Origin: Octopus vulgaris
Lineage: Eukaryota
Reading direction: 5' to 3'
Assembly (NCBI GenBank): GCA_951406725.2
Contig: OX597831.1
Span: 57,040,001-57,104,000, forward strand
DNA: 64,000 bases
The translations under genes were made by a program, and so were the position numbers. Positions 1 to 14,379 of this stretch are shown piece after piece. Position 1 is the stretch's first letter. Each line of letters begins with the position of its first letter. A model generated the notes under the pieces. That model was given only the letters and a program-made list of their open reading frames with translations, was not told the origin of the DNA and ran no database searches.

Positions 1-1458
1 TACCTACCTACCTACCTACCTACCTACCTACCTACCTACATACATACATACATACATACATATATACATACACATACACACGTATCATATAGCTACGAGT
101 AATGTATTTACTGGCAGCTTTCACTTCCTGTAGAACTTCAACAGCGCAAAGGACCATTCTAAATGGAATGAACGAAATAAATAAATGTATAAATAAATAA
201 ATGTATAAATAAGTAAATATATAAATAAGTTAATAAATAAATATGATGTAAGCAACATATAAAATCGGTTAAAACAATCCGAATAATCTTATACAATTCG
301 GACATTGACCAGTTTGAAAACGACCATTTTTCTCTTGAAGAGTTATTCATGACAAATAAATGATTTGAAATCTTTTAATTAACACAGACCTTGATATTAC
401 ACGATTTGTAAAGCAATTTTTTGTTGTAAGCCTGTTTCGGTCAGTTTTGCTCTCAGAGCAGAACAGCAATAACTACAAATGATATGAGGCCGGCGAGTTA
501 AGGAAAGAGCGTTCACATTAATGCTTCTCAAACTATTTTTGAAAACTACGATCCTGTTCTTTTACTAACTCTCTTTCAACACCTCCTTGCTGTGTATCGA
601 CAGAGTTAAATAGACCCCCAAAATATTGCTGCCGACATGTTGATCGTCATCAAAAACCTACTTGCACATGAGTCATTTCATCAATGCAATATAGAATATC
701 AAGACATTTCCCCACACAGAATAAAAAAATGGAAGTATCTTTGAAAATCAGGGCAATTGAAAGTCCCACCTATCGCTCCAGGCCCCTATCACCCACGTCT
801 AGAAGCACTGGTTTACAATCTCAATCGACCTTCTCGAATTAGCATCTAAATTTTCCCCAAATTACACTGTACTCTCTAAAGAAGGAAGGACTGTGGAAAT
901 TGCAATGCTAGAAACAGTTTGTCTGATAAAAGAGATGGTTAGGGCTAGGACACCTTTGATAGAAGTACCTACTCAATCTGGTCTGATCTGGGAGAGGAAC
1001 AACAATATTTGATCTCGATTGGGAGGCAAACAAAGGTCGGTGTAGAGACCATATTTTACCATACAATTAAAAAAAAAAAAAGAATACGAATAATACATTG
1101 AATAATGTAATTTAAAATACACTATATACGGAGTTTGGAAACCAGACGTGACAGTTATAGCTAGCTGACACACTTTTGATCGTTAGGCCTTGTGAATCAG
1201 ACTTTATCTGAGATTGAAAACAATAACATTTTGCTTGAGATAACCGACAGTGATTTTTTCTCTTTTCCTTCATTTCTACTGTATCATTTTATGACCATTT
1301 CTCACCAATTAATGGGTAATAAAAATTTAAGCCATCGGGAGAACAATAAATGGTAAGACAGATACCATCTACTGCGTGTTGCCTAAAACATTTGCCACTT
1401 TAATTCCATGAAATGTGACAGTATTCCTGTTTGTATATTTTCTAATGTGGATATTATA

Positions 1459-1676
1459 CGAGTGGGGTGCCGAAAAGTTTCTGGCTATAAGAGTATCGCG
1501 AAAGGCTTGATTGGAGGCCCAACCTTCAGAGTTCTTTTACAGGGCTTAGACAAACTGAAGGAGCGCTGTAATAAGTGTGTGAATTTCAGAGGGGAATATG
1601 TTGAATAAAATCACAACTAACTGATCCTCCTCTATTTTCTTTTGCCCAAAGCCAGGAACTTTTCAGCACCCCTTCG
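1459..1676 (+). mobile_element. Mariner-derived MITE
   Basis: TA-flanked imperfect TIRs cgagtggggtgccgaaaagtttctggct / agccaggaacttttcagcaccccttcg; internal remnant GLDKLKERCNKCVNFRGEYVE matches a mariner C-terminus. Confidence 0.8.
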
Positions 1677-1772
1677 TACAGCAAGTATTTCCCCCTAGAT
1701 TTGAGAGCCAATCGTGAGACTCATTACAACTTTGAAGTCTTATCACTTTTACTTTTCATGAAGAAAAAAAAA

Positions 1773-1900
1773 ATGTGCCTCGCTTGCTCTCGGAAGATCA
1801 AAAGCAGTCACTACTGATTGAGTATCGTGAACTGAGAGAACAGTCACAAGTTGATCCGAACCTCTTTTCGAAGGCCATAACTGGTGACTAAAGTTGGCAG
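1773..1900 (+). mobile_element. Short mariner transposase fragment
   Basis: Degenerate VPRLLSEDQKQ ... DPNLFSKAITGD motifs. Confidence 0.5.
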
Positions 1901-1953
1901 AGGAACAGCAACTGTCGCATTGTGACTTAGTCTACCTTGTCCAACTCCAGTAT

Positions 1954-2165
1954 AGTCAGCACCAGAGTCTAATGATGTACAAGAATTGATTGAGTGCAAT
2001 ATGACCAACTGGTGTGTCCAATATGGTTCTCTAAGTTACACGGAGACATAACTAGGATTATGGTGCCTCATCGTTCAGCAGATTAATGGACACACCAGTT
2101 GGTCATATTGCACTCATTTTACTGTTCAGTCAATTCTTGTACGTCATCAGACTCTGCTGCTGACT
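1954..2165. repeat. Inverted repeat (arms about 66-77 bp, spacer about 65 bp)
   Basis: agtcagcaccagagtct...ggtgtgtcca / tggacacacc...agactctgctgctgact. Confidence 0.85.
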
Positions 2166-2630
2166 GCTCGATCAGGTATAACTCGGGATTACACCACAAC
2201 ATGGTCTCTATACTGTCGCACGACTTGCAAGAAACAGAAATAAGATTCTCTCCAAAATCACAAAGGACATACTGAAAACTGTAAATCATTGAATATGGTA
2301 ATAAATAAATGAATAAATACATAAATAAATAAACAAATAAAATAGGCAGGATGGTCATACGATTTTATCATACGTCTACGCGATCAGAGACTGACCGGGA
2401 GTGGTAGCAGCAACAGTAGCAGCTAAACAACAACAGTAACAGCAACAACAACACCAACAACAACAGCAGCAGGAACAACAGTTACCTCACCTACACTCTC
2501 ATCATCATCATCATCATCCCCTTCCTCCTCCACAAATGCTACTACTACAACTACTACTACTACTACCCCCCACCAAACCCACCCCACTCCACCACCACCA
2601 CCACCACCACTACTGCTGCTGCTGCTGCTG

Positions 2631-2666
<36 letters not shown>

Positions 2667-2689
2667 ATAATAATAATAATAATAATAAC

Positions 2690-2739
<50 letters not shown>

Positions 2740-3689
2740 CAACAACAAAAACGAGAACAACAACAGAAGCAACAGCAGTAATAACACGAACGATAACAAA
2801 GGTCAGTAAAAACTGAACCAAATTTGTTACGTTAATAACTAAAGTCTAAAAATAATTATTGATTCTTTTTCTATTTAAAATGTCTGAAGAAACGAAAGAA
2901 AAATTTATAGGAAAATGGAGGAAAGAAAGCGTAGAACGGATGTGAAGGTGGTGGTGGCAGTAGTAGGCTTAGTAGTGGGGGTAGTAGTTGTAGCAGTAGT
3001 GGTAGTCATGGTACCATTGCCCAATGCAATGGTGGCAAAAAAAAAATAGGAAGAGATAATAGATTGAAGCGTACAAGCATTTGTACACGCATACATATAC
3101 ATATACTTTAACAACTTCATACATTTCAACACTGAGATATACATACATATATTTTTATACACAAACCTATATAATCAAGTGCACCCCAACCACGCACACG
3201 TATATAATCAAGTGCACTCACCTCCCCCACATATATACAGATGTGTGTATGTATATATATGTTATGTATAATGCAGAGTCAAGAACAGCAAGAAAATGTA
3301 ACCTCCCAAAAATGACAGTATGTATACACACACATACACACACACACACGCACGCGCGCACACACACACACGCATGCACACACACAGACACACACACACA
3401 CACGCACACACACATATGTACGTGTATGTATATGTATGCAATAATACATGCTTAAAACACAGAAATCACCAGAGCGAATGAAAAAATGGTGAGGGGGAGA
3501 AATGAAAAAAAATTAGAAAGTGTGAAAGGAGTGTGCGCGTACCTGTGTGTATACACACACACACACACAAACACACACACATATATATACATATTTACAC
3601 TTACAAACATAAATGCATGTATATATATATACATACATATATAAATGCAAAATATTTTCATACACCATCACGTGATGTACATGGATTCA

Positions 3690-4390
3690 CCACTAGTGTT
3701 GTTTACTTGGATCATTGGCTGTTTCAGGTTTTTCAACAATCAGACACCCTTATCCAAGGACCACATCCGGGATTGATCAAGCCTAGTTTATATACAGTTA
3801 ATTTAACAATATCCCTTGTGGGACTGCCCTTACCTTGGAGCAACCTCTGATGCTTCCGTAGCCAACATGATGGCCTTCCACCTAATGGTGCCTGTGATAC
3901 CCAGTATCTTGTGAGCTCCGTAGATAGATTGGCCTTCTAACTCTTTGCATCTCACTGCGATGGGATAGTACTTGCTTTGGCATAGCCCCACTAGTTCAGC
4001 ATATTTCCTTCTGTTTCTCTCATTTGTCTCACCAATACGGGCCAGGCGACTGATATCTTTTTCACGCCATCCTTGACACCTTGACAAAAGTGATAATCTT
4101 ATTCGCTAGATGGAGGCGCCACTTGCAAAGGCTAAGCTCACTTCGGATGGCGTCTTCTATGAACTTCCATATTTGGCCATACCTCCAGCAGTAACATTCC
4201 TCTTCTAGAGCTTTTGGACAACTACTGAAGATGTGCTCTAGGGTTCCTCTAGGGGAAATGCTGATGACTGATTTTCTCTAGCAGAATAAATATGATGGAC
4301 TCAGCATGACATTGGAAAATACCTGATCAAGACATGAGACTTTGCGTGCCACCATTTGGTTCCATCTTAACCAAGCTTTCTAGTACCTCA
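3690..4390 (-). mobile_element. Degenerate 3' part of a REL-endonuclease non-LTR retrotransposon (Hero-like)
   Basis: ERNRRKYAELVGLCQSK..PIAVRC..GQSI..ILGITG..AIMLATEASEVAPR resembles the Hero clade C-terminus; boundaries approximate. Confidence 0.6.
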
Positions 4391-4685
4391 TTGCAAAACA
4401 TTTGCTGGAAGAAAGAGTGAGAGAAAGTCGTGGCGAAAGAGTACAGCAGGGTTCGCCAAAACCCCCTGCCGGAGCCACGTAGAGCTTTAGGTGTTTTCGG
4501 TCAATAAACACTTAGAACGCCCGGTCTGGGAATCGAAACCACGATCCTACGACCTCGAGTCCTAACCACTGGGCCATTGCGTCTCCACAAACACACACAC
4601 ACACACATACTCACATATACACACACATTATGTTTATCATATACATATTATATATACACAATATATATATCATATACATATATGC

Positions 4686-4726
<41 letters not shown>

Positions 4727-4924
4727 TATAGACACATGTGTATATATATATCTATGTATATATATATATCTATGTATATATATATATCTATGTATATATA
4801 TATATATCTATGTATATATATATATATATATATCTATGTATATATATATGTATATATATATATTTATATATGATATGCGTATGTATATACACACTCGCAC
4901 ACATAGATACGTATGTGCATGCAA

Positions 4925-4960
<36 letters not shown>

Positions 4961-5337
4961 TAACCTTCGGATGTATATATAAATATACAAACACACTCAA
5001 TCTCACTCCTATTTTAGAGAAGTTTTGTTTTATATTGCTCATGTATTTAACTTTCTTTTTCATATTCAAGCAACTACAAAATGCACAATTGCTTTTTAAC
5101 TAGAGAATTGTTTAGCCAAATCTCAATATTCTACTTTTTACCTGTTTTGATTTAAAAAAAAAGAAGAAAAAACTATCTAGTATATTTCTTTTGGCATAGT
5201 GAAGTTTATTTTTAGTTCGATTATTTATTTTCTTCTTTACTTGATTATGTGTTTCTGCTTTATTTATAGATCGATATGCTTTTGTGAATGGATGTATATA
5301 GGCAGGAGTTTATGTATTAATATCGTATGTAAATATG

Positions 5338-5390
<53 letters not shown>

Positions 5391-5463
5391 TAACGCATAC
5401 ACGAACACCCACACATATTTGTGTGCTTGCAGGCGTGTATACCTGCTTTTGACAGTTGTATGC

Positions 5464-5507
<44 letters not shown>

Positions 5508-5599
5508 GCATGCATACAAGCATACAGACGTACACACCACACACATACACACACACACTTACACACACATACACACACATGCGCACGCACACACACATA

Positions 5600-6456
5600 C
5601 AGGGTGCGGTGAATAAGCTGTCGTCTAAATTAAGCAAAAATGAAAATAACACTGACTTCTCATTTTAACAGATATATTTACCAAAATTACATAAAAATAT
5701 CTTGAAATACTGCAGACTAAATTTATTCAATAAAATCGCCATTGGCTTCGACTACGGTCTCCAGACGTCTTGGGAATCTCCTGCAATTCTTCTCGACGGT
5801 TTCCCTGTTTAAGTTGGTGAATGCTGCCATGATCCTTGCCTTCAGTTCATCATCGGTGTTACAAGAAGTTTTGTTGGTCTGTCGCACAACTGCACCCCAC
5901 ACATACCAGTCAAGGGGGCTGCAGTCTCGGGAGTTAGGGGGCCAGATATTAAGGTTGCAGAAATTGTCTGACAACCATGTCTGGGTTCTCATGCTTGTGT
6001 GGCATGGTGCAGAGTACTGTTGCCAGATATAGGGTCTTCCAGCAGCTACCCTCTTGACCCAGGGCCGCACTACTTCCTCAGGCACTTTATGTTGGCCTTC
6101 GTGTTGAGTCTGAGGCCATATGGGAAGATGAATGGAGGCATAACGTCGCCATTATTAGTGATCACTCCAAACACCATGATGTTGGCAGGATGTTTGATTT
6201 TTATCACTCTCGGTACATGTCCTCAGATTGACAGGCAAACACTCTAAGATATTCGTATAGGAGCTTTCGTTGCGAATGCCAAGCAGTACAGCATGTCGTT
6301 TCCAAGTTTCTGGCAGAGTGAATTCCGTCATGGTGCTATTTTCCAAACAGATGTTGCCCAACTGACCCTACTATACTCTGTAGTCGATAAAATAAAAAAA
6401 CAATGCGCATACGCGAACTTCAAAATATAAAATGGCGACAATTTACCCTTCGGACC

Positions 6457-6459
<3 letters not shown>
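5600..6459 (-). mobile_element. Internally deleted Tc1/mariner-superfamily transposon (maT-like)
   Basis: TA-flanked TIRs cagggtgcggtgaataagctgtcgtc / gcgacaatttacccttcggaccctg; peptide WQQ(Y)SAPCH...WPPNSRDCSPLDWYVWG...ANGDFIE. Confidence 0.85.
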
Positions 6460-6543
<84 letters not shown>

Positions 6544-6675
6544 TCAATAAATGGTGGGGTTGTGTTGACCACACGTGGAGAAATGATAAGCAAGGAAAAT
6601 TGTAAAAATGCAGAATGCTCGATTGAAAGAAAATTTTAATGAAATGAGAAAATGAAAAAATATATAAATATATAT

Positions 6676-6719
6676 CTATTCAAACCGGTTTTCGTCATAG
6701 TTTGACTTATCAAGAATAG
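6676..6719 (-). ncRNA. Minimal hammerhead-like motif, U3-A8 core variant (inverted copy)
   Basis: Exact reverse complement of 6790-6833. Confidence 0.6.
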
Positions 6720-6789
6720 TTAGGTGAAAAAGTTTTTTAAAAATGAGAAAGGGGAAAAAGCTCATTTTTAAAAAAACTTTTTCACCTAA

Positions 6790-6833
6790 CTATTCTTGAT
6801 AAGTCAAACTATGACGAAAACCGGTTTGAATAG
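6790..6833 (+). ncRNA. Minimal hammerhead-like motif, U3-A8 core variant
   Basis: CTATTC-TTGATAA-GTCA(AACTA)TGAC-GAAAA-CCGG-TTT-GAATAG; perfect 6-bp stem I, 4-bp stem II, palindromic loop III. Confidence 0.6.
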
Positions 6834-6915
6834 ATATATATTTATATATTTTTTCATTTTCTCATTTCATTAAAATTTTCTTTCAATCGAGCATTCTGCA
6901 TTTTTACAATTTTTC

Positions 6916-6969
<54 letters not shown>

Positions 6970-7002
6970 CGCTTTTTGGAATTATAATGAACTGACCGAT
7001 TA

Positions 7003-7171
<169 letters not shown>

Positions 7172-7219
7172 GTGTTTCTGTATATCTGTCTGTCTATTTA
7201 TTATACACACAAACATATA

Positions 7220-8335
7220 CGAGGGACGTTCAATAAGTAATGCCCCTGACCAACTTGCAGTTGTTTGATCATGTGCAATTATTTATATCTCTATAAATTA
7301 AGTGGCAAATTACAGCTCTGAACTAATTGTGGTTTCTGATTTACAGGTGTTTGAACAGAGTCAAGTGTGAAATGGAGCCTGTTGAGTGTCGAGCAGTGAT
7401 CCGGTTTTTGTATTTGAAAGGACGCACACCACAGGAGACTTTTGATGAAATGAAAGTAACTTATGGTGAGGATGCCCCATCATATGACCTTGTAAAAAGC
7501 TGGCATCGTGAATTCAAACATGGTCGGAACTCTGTGGAAACAGCTCCCAGATCTGGTCGCCCCCCTTCTGCTATTGATGAGGCGTCTGTCCGTCAAGTTG
7601 AGACTGCCATTTTGGAAGATCGACGCATAACAATTCGCCAAATAGCCCATGAGGTCAAAATTAGTACCGGGTCTGTGGAAACTATCATTCATGACCATTT
7701 GCATATGCAAAAGGTGTCTACCAGATGGATTCCCAGGTTGCTCACACCTTTCCAGAAGCAAGAACGCGTCGAGTGCTCGAGGATGAAGTTGGAGATGTGC
7801 CAAGAAGGTGAGTCAAAATTTTTCAAAAGACTGATTACACAGGATGAAAACTGGGTCCATCACAATGACCCAGGTTTTTTACAGGAGCTTATTATGCTTC
7901 ACTTTTGAGGAAATTAAGAGAAGCTATCAAAATCAAGAGGCGGGACAAGATCAGCAAAGGCATCCTCCTCCTGCAGGACAACGCTCCGGTCCACAACTCG
8001 CGTGTCGCCAGATCAGAAGCACAGGCGTGCCCCCCATCACCCCTACTCTCCTGACCTTGCACCTTCTGATTTTCACCTCTTCTCAGCCATGAAGTTGTTT
8101 TTGAAAGGAAAGCGTTTCCCAGATGATGCAGCCTTGAATTCTGAAGTCACGTCGTGGTTGGAAGACCAAGCTGGGGTCTTCTACAAAAACGGTCTCCAGA
8201 GCTGCATCAAACGATGGGAGAAATGCGTAACTCTGGATGGTTCCTATGTAGAAAAAGACTAATAACTGTGCCAAGTTTCGTTGCTCTACTGCTATGGGAA
8301 GTGGGTCAGGGGCATTACTTATTGAACGCCCCTCG
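7220..8335 (+). mobile_element. Mariner (DD34D) transposon, defective copy 1
   Basis: TA target sites; TIRs cgagggacgttcaataagtaatgcccctgac; WIPRLL, ITQDE, QDNAPVH and YSPDLAPSD motifs; internal deletion near 7872. Confidence 0.93.
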
Positions 8336-8654
8336 TACATACTGAATACTGAATTATTTCTTTATATTGAGATAAATGATATACATAATTCTTGTTTTTG
8401 AAGACCAGCATAGAGATGGACGTTAATAAAGATGAATTTTATTAAACGACAAATAAGGAACAGTTGCATACATAAAATGAAATGAACCTGGCCGTTGAAA
8501 GAAATCCGCCTTTTTCTAATGGCATAGATTGTGGCTAAACGTTTTCTACTCAATTATCAAACTACGGAAGTCTGTTTAGTAAAAGAAATGAAATTCCCTA
8601 CCTATGGGATCTTGCAACACGTTGCCCGGTTATTTTCTTTTTGTTACATATTTC

Positions 8655-8739
<85 letters not shown>

Positions 8740-8781
8740 CATAATTTATATATATATATATAAAATTTATATATATATATA

Positions 8782-8841
<60 letters not shown>

Positions 8842-8922
8842 GACAGAAAAATATAATTTTTTGCGTAATGAGATAAAAAAAAGCCAAGGCTGTATAGATA
8901 TTAGAGCATTTATAGTTAGAAG

Positions 8923-8974
8923 GTCTTACAGCTGTTTCTAGAATATTAATTAATAATATCCCTTCATCGGATAT
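8923..8974 (-). ncRNA. Penelope-type minimal hammerhead motif (stem I damaged)
   Basis: Minus strand CCGATGA-AGGGATATT(ATTAATT)AATATTCTA-GAAAC-AGCT-GTA-AGAC. Confidence 0.5.
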
Positions 8975-11949
8975 TATAATATATAATAGTACTTATTCAG
9001 CATTACCTGACACCTTTGGGTCTCAACTGCATCATTATCTGTTATATATATATGGTTATCGCAGAGAAGCGCCTTGTAGTAAACGTAATATACAAGGAGT
9101 TACACACATACACACCCACCAAAGTATGTCACACTTCTTACTGACTAGAAAGAAAAAGTCATGACAGAGTTAGTAATTCTACAATAATAAACCCCAAATT
9201 TTGTCTATCTGGGGCCCATGTATCTCAGTCTACTTTTGCTCTACATAGACATATTATACCCTTTTGGAATCAGGATGATCCCGGGATTGAAAATCTGCCC
9301 TTCATTGCGATCTGATTTAAAAGCATTTGGGTTGCTATTTCTAACAGGTAAAGCTTCGCTGATTCACGCCATCTTGGTTGGTGTTTGTCAGACGACATCA
9401 GAGATCAAGGGAGAGATAAATGACATTCTCTTCGTTAATTTTACGTCAGATAAGAACTGCGGTACAAATTGGCCAACAGTTGGAATTCAACTTATAACAG
9501 GAACAAAAGAATGTTTGCATTACAGAATTAATTCTCATCCGATCAAACACCACAGAATTAATTCTCATCCGTCCTTAACTTCTGATCAAGCACCACCGGG
9601 GCATATAGTCCTTATACACGTATTATAGTCGTACTATTTAGTACTCCTTAGTTTTGAGCCACAGGCCCGATTAGCCATCCGCATGAGTCAGCTTAAAAAG
9701 TCCGCCTGGAGTGCAGCTTTTAACCTAGTACATTCATAAACTGCCAGATCTTTAGTCCTGTTGTCACATACAAACTTGGTCTGTGATACCCTAATAATAC
9801 AAATAAGTAACTCTTAGTAGTTGTATATGAACAACAAAATGTTCACCACATTCCTCTATACATGGTGATATGCCTGAAGATATTTTTAGAGTGGTAGAAG
9901 CAGTATTAACCCAACTGGATCAACATGTCAATATAATTCTCTTGAATATTTTCAAATTTCCAAATGTCAAACGGCCGAGGGCTACATTCTCTTGGGAATG
10001 TCTCTGCATTAACGAACGAAAGAAAAATCTCTACTTCACCTTTTTAATATGCTGTCTATGGGATAAATATTTCTCTACCTAACCAAGGCAAATTACGCTT
10101 TAGATATCTGCTTCGTGAATCACACGAGACTCATCCATAATGTGAAGGTGAGGACAATGATTTTCTCAGCCCACAAGAAAATAGAACAAATTAGAATCCC
10201 AAAACACGGTAAATATGTACTTCACAAGAAGCAATCGTACTCTGTCTAGCTTGGACTCTGTCTAGTCTGGACTCTGTCGCGCTCCGTCTAGTCTTCACTA
10301 AGCTAACTGTAAATTGATTTTAAAAAAATGATCTTCAAACAAAAATGATCTAGAAGTCTTTCTGCACAAGGCAATATCATAAAACAATAATACAAGTCTT
10401 AAATATATTCATAAAAGGGAGGCTAATATATACAAGAATATAATTTCCAGGGTCAGAAAAATTCCGATGAGATTAAGAGCAAATAACTTACATTGCTTAA
10501 ATGATCAACTGAGAAACAGCGAAATATTCCATTTAAATAGGACAATCTTAAAAATTGAACGCAAAACTTCTCAAAAAAAGAGAGAGAACAAAAAGAGAAC
10601 CAGAGCCGTGGAAAAAAAATAGTCTCAAAATATAACCGATTTCTAGAGATTTTTATAAATCACAGAACAAGACTGTAGTTCCAAGGAAATATCTCAGAGA
10701 ATGGAGATCGCCAAACGGATAAGTGGAATACTGAATGAACAGGTTAAAAGCTTTACTCCCGACAGAATACATGCAAATAAGTAAGGCGAATTCTTTAACA
10801 CTACAACTCTACATAAGGATTACACAAATGAGCCTATGTTAAGAGAAGAAACATAAATAGGTACAGCAATATCAAACTCCTTTGTTTACCAAAAATCTAA
10901 CAACAACAGGAAGTCTTTTGAAAAAGTAGTATCGAACTCCTTTATTTTTTTATGTACAAAGGGAATAACGAAATATATTCACATCTGTTTAAAGTTCTAC
11001 AACGAATGGCAGCTTAGAACTGTTGTTTAAGTACTTTAAATTTATCTTAGATTTCCTAATACACGCTTTCTTATGCATAAACATATATTTATTATTCAAA
11101 AACACCGCCGGCAAACGCACGGTATGCAAATTAGTCTAGCCATAAATATTAGTTTTTGCTTGATTAAAATAGCAATTTGTTCTAAATACATTTTGCGAGC
11201 AGAGGACTGAGAGAATAATCATCCTCTAATGAGTGATCAATAAACATATCTCGGCAATCTCTTCTACTTTTCTGTATACGAAGAGAACAACAAGACGTAG
11301 TCAAATCTGTTTATAGTTCCAGCGAACGGCTTAAAAAAAAACTGGAGTTTAACGTACACACACACACACATACACATGCATATACACACATACACATGCA
11401 TACACACACATACACATGCATACACACACACGCACAGACTCAGACGTACATACACACGCGCACTCGCGCGCACACACACACGCACACACATATACATACA
11501 CATACGAAGTTTCTCCTCCCCAAAAATGTATACGCACTTTAATAGCTGATAACTCATTTAATTTTTATTTCTTTTTAGAATTATTCCACTACAGACAATG
11601 AAAATAAGCTTAGGATAAAAGAAGTTTTACGATAAACTGCTGCTGAAAGATAGAAAAACGCAGTTGAGGAGCAAAAACAGTTTAGGAAGGAATTTGAAAC
11701 TGATCCACATATGTGACCACCTATTACCTGAATTATGGATAAGTTTGGAGCAGATGGAACTTTTCAGAATGTTCACAAGAAACGTTCCTGATGACCGCAA
11801 TACTGACAAGCCACTCAAAGCAAGAAAGGGTATTAGAAACATGTTTCCAAAGTTCATAAAAATCTGTGTGGCAAAAAGGTCTTGAGATTCAAATCAAACG
11901 TTTTCATTGGAAAAGTTACATTCCAAGAATAGTTCATAGTCTCACTGAA

Positions 11950-12687
11950 GATAATTCGGACCAAAGAGTAGAGTTTTGTGAGTGGCACTTGGTAAGATGT
12001 GGAAAAGATATACATTTTGCAACAAAGATTGTTTGAGATAATACGGTTATATTTAAATTAGATGGCACAATCAACCTGCACAATTGCGCCCACTGCGATC
12101 CTGAGAATCCCTATATTACGGAGGAATATCATGTTAATTTATCAGGTGTCATATTATGGCGCAGATTATAACCAAAAGGATTAATTGAATCATTCTTTTT
12201 TGATGGTACTGTGAATGGTCTTATTAACGTGAACTTGCGACACTCTGCCATGCAAAGCATTCAAAAGGTCTTTGAAAGTATCGAATTTTATTTCCAGAAA
12301 GATGGGGCACCCCACACTACCATAATGTAAAATGAGATTTAGATTAAACAGTGCATCGGACGAATAGATTCAGTAGAATATCTTCCGCGTTCACTGGATC
12401 TTATGTCACTAGAGTTTCTTATAGAAAATTAGCAGCAGTCGAAAAATTAAGGGCAGCCATTGAACGAGAATGCGCAAAAATACTGAACGAAATATTTCTT
12501 GATGCTCACGATTCCATTGCTTCGCGTTATCAGCAGAGCTAGAACCAGAACAGTCATCAGTTTGAAAAATGGCAGTCATATGAAAATTAAATTCTGATTG
12601 CAGATTCTATCAAATTTTGAAAATGAAAATGTATTTTAATAAATACTGACTTCATTGTGTCCTTACATTTTTTGGGACGCGCTACAT

Positions 12688-12690
<3 letters not shown>
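11950..12690 (+). mobile_element. Highly degenerate Tc1/mariner-superfamily transposon (rosa/DD41D-like)
   Basis: Remnants FKLDGTINLHNC..ENP..NL.GV.LW..GLIESFFFDGTVNG..FYFQKDGAP; TIR-like end tttttgggacgcgctaca before (TA)n; 5' boundary uncertain. Confidence 0.6.
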
Positions 12691-13222
<532 letters not shown>

Positions 13223-13329
13223 GAATTCATGTTATAGTATATGTGTGTTTGTGTTACCATATTTATATTTTTGTATGCGAACGTATACATCCTGCTTCAT
13301 TTATTCTCGCTTGCTTATTTAATATTTTT

Positions 13330-13890
13330 TTTTTTACGCCAATATTCTGTGAATTATAGTTCTATTACCATTATAAGAATATTTATGTTTATTTTTATCA
13401 GCTACATTCCTCTATTAATATGTTGTTTCACTGTGTAACTTTTGGAAGCTTTTGTGTGAGGATAACAAATTTGTTATGTGCTTGCACTCTTTTCATCTGA
13501 ATATATCCTTCTTCTATTGACTCTCGTATTTTCCATTTATTCTCACCGTTTGTTTTATAGCTTCCTCTGTTCCTCCGAAATTCTACTATGCTAACAATTT
13601 TCTCATTGTGTCTTTGATATTTATACCCCACTCTCTCTATTTTAACTAGAGTTCTGTATAATCACCACACGTATATCTATATCTCTTTATTCTTTATTTT
13701 TCTACGCGCTCCGCCACTATAATTTAATATTCGCATGCCTTCCACTATATATTTAGTAAATCGGTCTCACTTCGAAATTTTAATAAATACCCTTGTCTTC
13801 AAATATTTCACTTCACTTTGTTCTTTTTGGGACTTTTCTAACTATATATCGACCTAACTATATATAGAACCATACGCTACAAGCTTTCAT
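13330..13890 (-). mobile_element. Possible Penelope-like 3' remnant
   Basis: KWKIRESIE resembles the GIY-YIG C-terminal R..RE..EI motif; adjacent to TA/TG microsatellites. Confidence 0.3.
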
Positions 13891-14053
13891 ACATTAGAAT
13901 ATCTCACAGGGGCCAACCATTTGGTGATCTTTCACGAGGAATTTTAAAATAATTATACATGCATATATGCACAACATATACATACGTATATATATATATG
14001 TATATACACACACATATACACATATAATACACATATGAACACATACTGTATAT

Positions 14054-14097
<44 letters not shown>

Positions 14098-14379
14098 GCA
14101 CATATATATATATATATACATACACTAACATATATACATATACATATATATAATACACATACATATGTGCATACATGCATGCATATACATGTGTGTGTGT
14201 GTCTGCGTACGCGTATGTGTGTATGTATGTGTTTTGTGGTGGGGTATAATATCAAGAATCAAGAATCCTCCAATGTCGACATGTTGTTAAAGAAAAGGGT
14301 AGATTTGGAATTGGGACAGGCATGTACACGTGTGTCTGCCCCAATAGCTGTCATCAGAACGACAATTATCTTAGCCTAT

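Larger units (their letters stand above)
6592..6918. repeat. Near-perfect inverted repeat (arms about 155 bp) between TA microsatellites
   Basis: 6592-6748 is the reverse complement of 6761-6918. Confidence 0.9.

Noticed and set aside
112-158. Possible downstream aminopeptidase exon on the minus strand
   Set aside because: No frame matches the expected YL...NA..DLW continuation.
2120-2165. CTGATGA on the minus strand as a hammerhead core
   Set aside because: No stem II followed by GAAA and no NUH/stem I arrangement.
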